Source of the DNA: Trueperaceae bacterium
Lineage (GTDB): Bacteria; Deinococcota; Deinococci; Deinococcales; Trueperaceae
DNA: 64,000 nt
Direction: 5' to 3'
Assembly (NCBI GenBank): GCA_035703635.1
Contig: DASSXV010000087.1
Span: forward strand, 1 to 64,000
The notes beneath the pieces are model-generated. The model searched no databases. It was not told the origin of the DNA and worked only from the letters and a program-made list of their open reading frames with translations. Below are positions 58,106 to 64,000 of this stretch, piece after piece (position 1 is the stretch's first letter; each line of letters opens with the position of its first letter). The position numbers and the translations under genes were made by a program.

Positions 58106-59032
58106 GTGTCCGTTCCCATCTGGCTGGACTGCGATCCTGGTCACGACGACGCCTTGGCCATCTTCCTGGCGGCGCAACGCTCGAACCTCGTCGGCATCAG
58201 CGTCGTTAGCGGCAACGCCCCCCTCACCTCGACGCTACGCAACGGCCTGGTTACGTGCCAGGTAGCCGACCTACCGACCCCGCTATACGTCGGCGCGGCC
58301 AAGCCCCTGCTGCGGGCTGCGAAGCACGCTGAGTACATCCACGGCAAGACCGGGCTGGACGGGCCCGTCATCCCGCCACTCACCCGCACCGCAGAGAAGC
58401 TACCCGCCGTTCAGGCGCTGTTGCAGGCCGCTGAGAAGCACGACGACCTGTGGCTGGTGGCTATCGGACCCCTCACCAACGTCGCCACCGCGCTACTCCT
58501 CGAACCGCAACTAGCTAAGCGCCTCAAGGGCATCAGCATCATGGGTGGCGCATTCGGGCCCGGCAACGTCACCGCCGCCGCCGAGTTCAACATCTGGGCC
58601 GACCCGGAGGCAGCAGCGATCGTGTTCGAGTCGGGCGCCAACATCGTGCTTGCCGGCCTGGACCTCACGCATCAGTTCATGATGGAGCGCCAGCGCATAG
58701 CGCAGATCAGGGCGTTGGGCACGCGCACGGCCAGGTTCTCGGCTGACCTGCTCGACCACTTCGCTTCCGCTTACGCCCAGGCGTACGGCGGCGCGCCGCA
58801 GGGACCGTTGCACGACCCGTGCTCCGTGTTGGCCGTCACCGACCCTCACCTGTTCAAGTCTGAGCGGCGGCACGTGGCAGTCGAGTGCGCCGGCGAGCTC
58901 ACGCGCGGCATGACCGTGATCGACTGCCGCACGGGCGGCCGCGTTCAGCCACCGAACACGACGCTCCTCACGACCATCGACGACGGGGCCGCCTTCCAGG
59001 TTTTGATGGACGCGTTGGGGGCCTCGCAGTGA
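58106..59032 (+). CDS. Inosine-uridine-preferring nucleoside hydrolase
   Basis: DCDPGHDD, HGKTGLDG, GPLTN, AEFNIWADPEA, LHDP. Confidence 0.93.
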   Translation: MSVPIWLDCDPGHDDALAIFLAAQRSNLVGISVVSGNAPLTSTLRNGLVTCQVADLPTPLYVGAAKPLLRAAKHAEYIHGKTGLDGPVIPPLTRTAEKLPAVQALLQAAEKHDDLWLVAIGPLTNVATALLLEPQLAKRLKGISIMGGAFGPGNVTAAAEFNIWADPEAAAIVFESGANIVLAGLDLTHQFMMERQRIAQIRALGTRTARFSADLLDHFASAYAQAYGGAPQGPLHDPCSVLAVTDPHLFKSERRHVAVECAGELTRGMTVIDCRTGGRVQPPNTTLLTTIDDGAAFQVLMDALGASQ

Positions 59033-59085
59033 GGTCGGCTCCTGGCGAGCGGCAGCGGACTGCGGCGCAACCGCAGCGCTCGGCC

Positions 59086-59766
59086 ATGATCGAGTTCCGT
59101 CACGTCACCAAGACCTACCCCCGCACCCATACGCACGCCCTCAAGGACGTCGACTTCCACATCGCCAAGGGCGAGTTCGTCTACGTGACGGGGCATTCCG
59201 GTGCTGGAAAGTCGACGCTGCTCTCGCTCATGCTGAGGCGCATCGTGGCGACCGAAGGCAGCGTGTCCGTCGGCGGGCAGGACGTGGCGCGCCTCCCGGA
59301 GTCGCGCTTGCCTCACCTCAGGCGCAGCATCGGCATGATCTTCCAGGACCACCGCCTGCTCGGCAGACTCTCCGCGCTCGAGAACCTAACGTTCGCGCTA
59401 CGGGCCGTTGCCGCTCGGGGCAACCACGAGCAGCGCGCCATGAACGTACTGCGGCAGGTCGGGCTGGCTCACAAGCGCAAGGCCTACCCGATCGAGTTGA
59501 GCTTGGGTGAGCAGCAGCGCGTGGCCATAGCGCGGGCCATGGTAACGGACGCGCCCCTGTTGCTGGCGGACGAACCTACCGGCAACCTCGACCCTGACAC
59601 GGCTCTCGAGATCATGGAGTTGCTCGACGACATCAACCTGCGCGGCACGACCATCTTGCTCGCCACCCACGCGCGCGACCTCGTCGATAGTTACAAGCAC
59701 CGCACGCTCGTGCTGCGCAACGGTGAACTAGTACGCGACGATGCACGCGGCGGCTACTCCCTGTGA
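59086..59766 (+). CDS. ftsE: Cell-division ATP-binding protein
   Basis: GHSGAGKST, LRRSIGMIFQD, GEQQRVAIARA, ADEPTGNLDP, INLRGTTILLATH. Confidence 0.88.
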   Translation: MIEFRHVTKTYPRTHTHALKDVDFHIAKGEFVYVTGHSGAGKSTLLSLMLRRIVATEGSVSVGGQDVARLPESRLPHLRRSIGMIFQDHRLLGRLSALENLTFALRAVAARGNHEQRAMNVLRQVGLAHKRKAYPIELSLGEQQRVAIARAMVTDAPLLLADEPTGNLDPDTALEIMELLDDINLRGTTILLATHARDLVDSYKHRTLVLRNGELVRDDARGGYSL

Positions 59767-59773
59767 CTGCTGC

Positions 59774-60523
59774 CTAGAGCTGCATGACGCTTAGGTCGAG
59801 GCGATCGTCGTCGAGCAGCAGTTCTAGGAACTGCAACTTACCGAGAGCGTCTATCATCGCGAAACAGTTGTCGCGGTCGACGTAGACGCCCTCCTTCATG
59901 ACGGTGTGACCGTAGACCCCGAAGCGGTGCCCTGCCTGTATGACGAGTTCGGGCTTGTTGTACCACCACGTTTTCGTGTCTGGATCGTGATAGAAGAAAT
60001 CGTCGAAGACCTGCATGCCTGGTAGTGGGCCAGCGTGAGCGAACTGCACCCCGTGGTAAACGACCTCGCGGGGCATGCTCGCGAACCACTCGCGCAGGTC
60101 GTCAGGCAGCTCGACGCCGCCCTTCGTCGGGTCGAACTCCACGTGACGCATGCCTCCACGCGTCGTCAACTCGTAGCGGTGATCGCTTGCTGCCTCGTCG
60201 TGGTTACCTAGGATCACCGTCACGTTGCCGTTGCTCTGGTCGACGTAGCGCTTGAAGCGGTACAGCTCCCTGATCTGCGCCTTGGCCGCGCGCCGCAAGT
60301 GATCTACGTCGTTGGTGTCGTAAGGTTCCGCCCCTACGGCGTTGGCGTAGTCCCGCGGTTCCTTGAAGTGCACGAGGTCGCCTACACACACGACGCGGTA
60401 GCGCCCGTCCACCACCGCCTGCGTTGGTTCGAGCGTGGCGGTGGCCGCGGCGGCGGCCTTGAGGACGCGCCACAACTCCGGCCACTGGCCGTGCACGTCT
60501 CCAACGGCGATCACCTTGATCAC
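59774..60523 (-). CDS. Calcineurin-like metallophosphoesterase
   Basis: GDVHG, GDLVH, GNHD, FAHAG, YGHT. Confidence 0.85.
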   Translation of the reverse strand: MIKVIAVGDVHGQWPELWRVLKAAAAATATLEPTQAVVDGRYRVVCVGDLVHFKEPRDYANAVGAEPYDTNDVDHLRRAAKAQIRELYRFKRYVDQSNGNVTVILGNHDEAASDHRYELTTRGGMRHVEFDPTKGGVELPDDLREWFASMPREVVYHGVQFAHAGPLPGMQVFDDFFYHDPDTKTWWYNKPELVIQAGHRFGVYGHTVMKEGVYVDRDNCFAMIDALGKLQFLELLLDDDRLDLSVMQL

Positions 60524-60545
60524 GCGGCCCTCCGGTCGCCGTGCA

Positions 60546-61271
60546 TCACGTTGACTCTGCGCCGCTATTCATCAGTAACGACCGCAAGCGGCCGTACAGT
60601 TCGCGAGACTCCTCCGCCGTGCGGCCGTAGCCGTTGTACCTGACAACTAACCGTGCGGCCTCCTTGCCCATGCCCTCGTCCTTGAGGCGCTCGAGCAAGC
60701 GCTCGATGACCTCATGTCCGGCGTTCGTGGCCGTGACGGCAGGAGTTGCCACTGCGACGTCGTTCATCGGGGCAACGGGCGCCGCTAGGGCGGGCGCGCC
60801 TTGCGTGCTTGGCGCCCTCGTCACAGGCCGCATGGCTGGCTCAGGCGCCTCTGCCTCTCGCGCGACTGGCTCCGGTAAGTAGAGCGGCTCGCCCGCTTCG
60901 GGGTCGAACTCGACCCAGTAACTCTCGTCCTCCGCGGCGAACGGCAAGCCTAGGCCGAACATGGCGGCGCAGTTGGCGAGCGCGAGGTCCGCGGCTTGCG
61001 GCGCCGGCGCAGGACCGACCTTGACGACGGCGGCGCGCGTGGTGCCGAGCAGGCTCAAGTTGGCCACGAGCGCGTCGCTACCCAGTGGCGCCAGATCGAA
61101 CGACCAACCGCCCTTGCCGCACACGGAGTCGAAGCGCAGCATGAGCGCCTCCGGGGCCGCATACGGGCGCATGCGTACTCTGCCGCCTCCAGGCTCGGCC
61201 TCAACGGCGCACCACCTCAAGGCAGCGGGGGCCAGCACCTCGATAAGTCTGGCGGCGTCTTCGACCTGCAC
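60546..61271 (-). CDS. Rad52/Rad22-like ssDNA-annealing protein (DdrA-like)
   Basis: RFDSVCGKGGWSF, LSLLGTTR, ALANCAAMFGLG and WVEFD parallel DdrA motifs; C-terminal RELYGRLR helix. Confidence 0.65.
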   Translation of the reverse strand: MQVEDAARLIEVLAPAALRWCAVEAEPGGGRVRMRPYAAPEALMLRFDSVCGKGGWSFDLAPLGSDALVANLSLLGTTRAAVVKVGPAPAPQAADLALANCAAMFGLGLPFAAEDESYWVEFDPEAGEPLYLPEPVAREAEAPEPAMRPVTRAPSTQGAPALAAPVAPMNDVAVATPAVTATNAGHEVIERLLERLKDEGMGKEAARLVVRYNGYGRTAEESRELYGRLRSLLMNSGAEST

Positions 61272-61369
61272 GCCGACACTATAGCAGCGTCCCTAGCGCG
61301 GGCAAGGCGAAGGAAACCACGCCCGACAAGCGCCTGGGGAACGCGCACGGCGTGCGGTAATGTGAGCGC

Positions 61370-64000
61370 ATGTCCAATTCTCGCGCCGCCCAGATCCGTG
61401 CAGGCGTGCTCTATGCCAAGGGGCCGCACGCTAGAGCCGCAGTTAGGTTTGTGGGCGCCGCCCTCGCCCTAGTGGCGCTCCTCGGGGGGCTCGCGAGCGC
61501 ACAGAGCGCGCCCGTCGTCGGCGTGGACGCCTACGAGTACAAGGTCGGTGACGTCCTCCACTTAACTGGTGACGGGCTCACGCCGGGCGCCAGTTACCGC
61601 GTTTCGGTGACGCCAGCAGGCAGCGTGCCGCTCGTTGCCATGGAGATCGCCAACGGCCTCGGGGCCATCCGCTTCAGCGCCCCTCTCACCGAAGCGGGCG
61701 ACCACAGCGTCAACGTCGCCGGTCCCGACATCAACGCAACGTTCACCGTGGCGGTGACGGCCGCACCAACGGCGCCTGCGGGGGCGGCGCCCGGCGCCGT
61801 CGAGGGTGAACCTCAAGGCGCCGCACCGCAAGAGGCCGCCCCCGCCCCGCCTGCGGTTGAGCGGCCGCCGGCCGCACAGCCAGAGCCCACGCAGCCCGCG
61901 CCAACTGAGCCCGCTCCTGCACAGTCCGCGCCCACGGAGCCCGCTCCCACGCAACCGCAGAGCGGCGCAACGCCGCCGGCCGCCACTCAGACGCCGCAGG
62001 AGGCGACCCCGGCGTCCCCGCCGGCCGTCTTGGGCTACCCCGTGGTGCAGAGCGTTGACGGCGCAGTCAAGGGCATGCAGAACGGCCAGGCACTGTGGAC
62101 GTTGGCGTTTCCCGTAGGAAGCGGCGAGACGGCGGGGCTATTCCAGGCGGGAACAGACGCCTACGTTGGTCACGGCAACAGCGTGCTAGTCGTCGACGCC
62201 CGCACCGGCGTGGTCCAGAAGCGCTACCGCTTGCCTGCGCAGGTAACCTCCATCACCAACTCTGCTGGCGTGCCGCTGGCCGCCATCACCTACTCGAACG
62301 GCGCAGAGGGCCGCATCGCCATCCTCTCCTCTGGCCCTGAGGCCAGCGAGCCGTTCGACGTCGATCCGAAGCTCTACGGTTGGCTGCGCACGGAAGCGCT
62401 TGGCGAGAACCCAACCGAGCGCCTGCGGCAGGACCCGACTAACCCGTGGCTCTACCTGGAGGCCGCCAGGGCCGCCCAACCAGGCAGCAACGACGAGGCG
62501 CGCTACATCGACGGCGCGCTCGCGAACGCCGCCACGTTCTACGAGCGGGCGCAGCTCGCGCGTGAACTCATGCGCTTCTCGCCGCCGCAGCGCGAGGCGG
62601 CAGCCAGCGCCATGTACGGCGCCCTTTCAGACTTCGTGGCGCGCGGTTACCGCGCCGAGCTCCTCTTCGATGAGACGTTGGCGGAGACATACGGCTTCCC
62701 GCTCGGCGCGCTGCAGGCCGCCTTGGGTCGCGGAGACATCCAGGCCGCCGGCTTCTGGGCAGACTGGGTCTACCCTCTCTCCACGCCGGCCGTGCCCGCG
62801 ACACAAGCCGCACTGCGCGATTACGCCGATTACCTCCGCGCGGACGGTCAACGTGAGGCCGCGAGCCAGTGGCTCGAGCGTTCACGCGAGGGCGCAGGAT
62901 TCGACCTGGCCGCCGCCATCAGGCAGGCAGCGCTGGACGTTGGCCGCACGGGTTGGTACGGCGTAGCTGCGCTGCTCGTCGCCCTCATCGCGCTGTACGT
63001 CACCCTAGCCGCCAAGTACTGGCGGGCGCAGAGCCTGAACCTGCGCCGCAACTCCGGCAAGGGCGGCGGGGCGCGGCTCTTCTTCTTGCGCTACGCCACC
63101 TTCACCGAGCGGCTAGTCGCCGTCCTACTCTTGGCAGCGGCGATGGCCCTCACCGGCTTGCAAGGCTGGGCGCGTGACGGCGACGCGTTGCCAGCCGCTT
63201 GGGGTTCTGGCTCGCTTGCGTCCGTGCCGTCACTCGACGCCTTGGCCCGCACCAGCGGTAGCGGCCCAGACATCGGCTTCGTGAGGGGCTACGCGGAGCA
63301 GACCGCTGGCCTGACAGATCCGGCAGCGGAGGCGTACCGCACGGCGCCGAACGATGCAGACGCCGTCAACAACCTTGGCGTACTCACTAACGATCCGGCC
63401 CTCTACCAGCGTGCACTCGACCTCAAGCCAGGCCTGCCGGCCGCGAACTTCAATCTTGGTCAGGGCAGCAACCCTTCGCGGCTCATGGCGGCGTTCGCTC
63501 CGGACGACAAGGCGCTCGTCGTGCCGGACGAGACGCGGTTGCGCAGCGCCGTGACTGGCACTTTCCTAGAGGCGCTAGCCAACGTCTTCACCAACCCGTG
63601 GGCAGCCCTAACCGGCGTTGCTGGCGTTGGCGTCGCGCAGTGGGTGTGGCTCGTCATCGTCGTGGCGTTCCTCATCGTCGTGCTCTTCAACCTCATCCAG
63701 CTCGTCCTGCCGCGGCCGCGTCTAGCGCGCAACGCGCCGCGCACACCCCTTTATCACGTGCTCGCCGTGCTCCTACCCGGCACCGGTCAGGCTGACGAGT
63801 TCTGGGGCTTGCTGCTCGCCGTGCCGTGGGCCATCTTCGGCGTCGACCTCCTGCTTCACTACGTGCCAATGGGCGTCGGACCCGCCATCAGTTACATGAC
63901 GGACCTCATCGCGTTAGGCGTCATCTACCTCATCAACCTCGTGACGTTCTTCGTGGAGTTGGCCTCGTACAACAGGCGCATGCAGGCCCTCAAGGTCAAC
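61370..64000 (+). CDS. Large exported/multi-pass membrane protein with Pro/Ala/Gln linker and TPR-like region (3' end outside window)
   Basis: Absent from the ORF track, presumably because it has no stop in the window. TAATGT -10 hexamer, ATG 61370, signal peptide ...LLGGLASAQ; frame matches at the window end; AVNNLGVL and AANFNLG motifs. Confidence 0.8.
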   Translation, partial: MSNSRAAQIRAGVLYAKGPHARAAVRFVGAALALVALLGGLASAQSAPVVGVDAYEYKVGDVLHLTGDGLTPGASYRVSVTPAGSVPLVAMEIANGLGAIRFSAPLTEAGDHSVNVAGPDINATFTVAVTAAPTAPAGAAPGAVEGEPQGAAPQEAAPAPPAVERPPAAQPEPTQPAPTEPAPAQSAPTEPAPTQPQSGATPPAATQTPQEATPASPPAVLGYPVVQSVDGAVKGMQNGQALWTLAFPVGSGETAGLFQAGTDAYVGHGNSVLVVDARTGVVQKRYRLPAQVTSITNSAGVPLAAITYSNGAEGRIAILSSGPEASEPFDVDPKLYGWLRTEALGENPTERLRQDPTNPWLYLEAARAAQPGSNDEARYIDGALANAATFYERAQLARELMRFSPPQREAAASAMYGALSDFVARGYRAELLFDETLAETYGFPLGALQAALGRGDIQAAGFWADWVYPLSTPAVPATQAALRDYADYLRADGQREAASQWLERSREGAGFDLAAAIRQAALDVGRTGWYGVAALLVALIALYVTLAAKYWRAQSLNLRRNSGKGGGARLFFLRYATFTERLVAVLLLAAAMALTGLQGWARDGDALPAAWGSGSLASVPSLDALARTSGSGPDIGFVRGYAEQTAGLTDPAAEAYRTAPNDADAVNNLGVLTNDPALYQRALDLKPGLPAANFNLGQGSNPSRLMAAFAPDDKALVVPDETRLRSAVTGTFLEALANVFTNPWAALTGVAGVGVAQWVWLVIVVAFLIVVLFNLIQLVLPRPRLARNAPRTPLYHVLAVLLPGTGQADEFWGLLLAVPWAIFGVDLLLHYVPMGVGPAISYMTDLIALGVIYLINLVTFFVELASYNRRMQALKVN

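Noticed and set aside
61770-62020. Tandem DNA repeat or mobile element
   Set aside because: Low-complexity Pro/Ala linker inside the large coding region.

Overview
High-GC bacterial chromosome segment, most likely Deinococcota (Truepera-like). This rests on a DdrA-like Rad52 protein, a C-H-H CsoR, a DHH-CBS tRNA nucleotidyltransferase, a PEGA S-layer protein and many TANNNT-N5-7-start leaderless genes. Bases 1 to ~11,324 are the right-hand part of a compositionally distinct metal-resistance island. It carries csoR (partial), copA, a small unknown protein, an archaeal-type (type II) GAPDH, copB, two gene relics, a MerR-family regulator with merA, a BleO-like protein, a DUF2933-like protein and an orphan pdxS. 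The island ends in a terminus that reads TGT inward, with 3-4 clustered 19-20 bp repeats (11245-11324), 10 bp downstream of the pilC stop. That architecture fits a Tn7/Tn5053-like (TnsB/TniA) transposon, but no transposase gene is in the window. The other ~52 kb is mostly core genome (pilC, nth, ypdA, hflX, mqnL, rpmB, pyrE, thrB, tsaD, fumC, purB, gyrA, ftsE and others). Oddities there include a PurC-PurS fusion with a His/Asp linker, an apparent ATA start on hflX, a roadblock-DUF3467-DsbA-PP2C-kinase run, and three apparent pseudoenzymes. I saw no rRNA, tRNA or CRISPR array. All family calls come from motif recognition by eye, not database searches.
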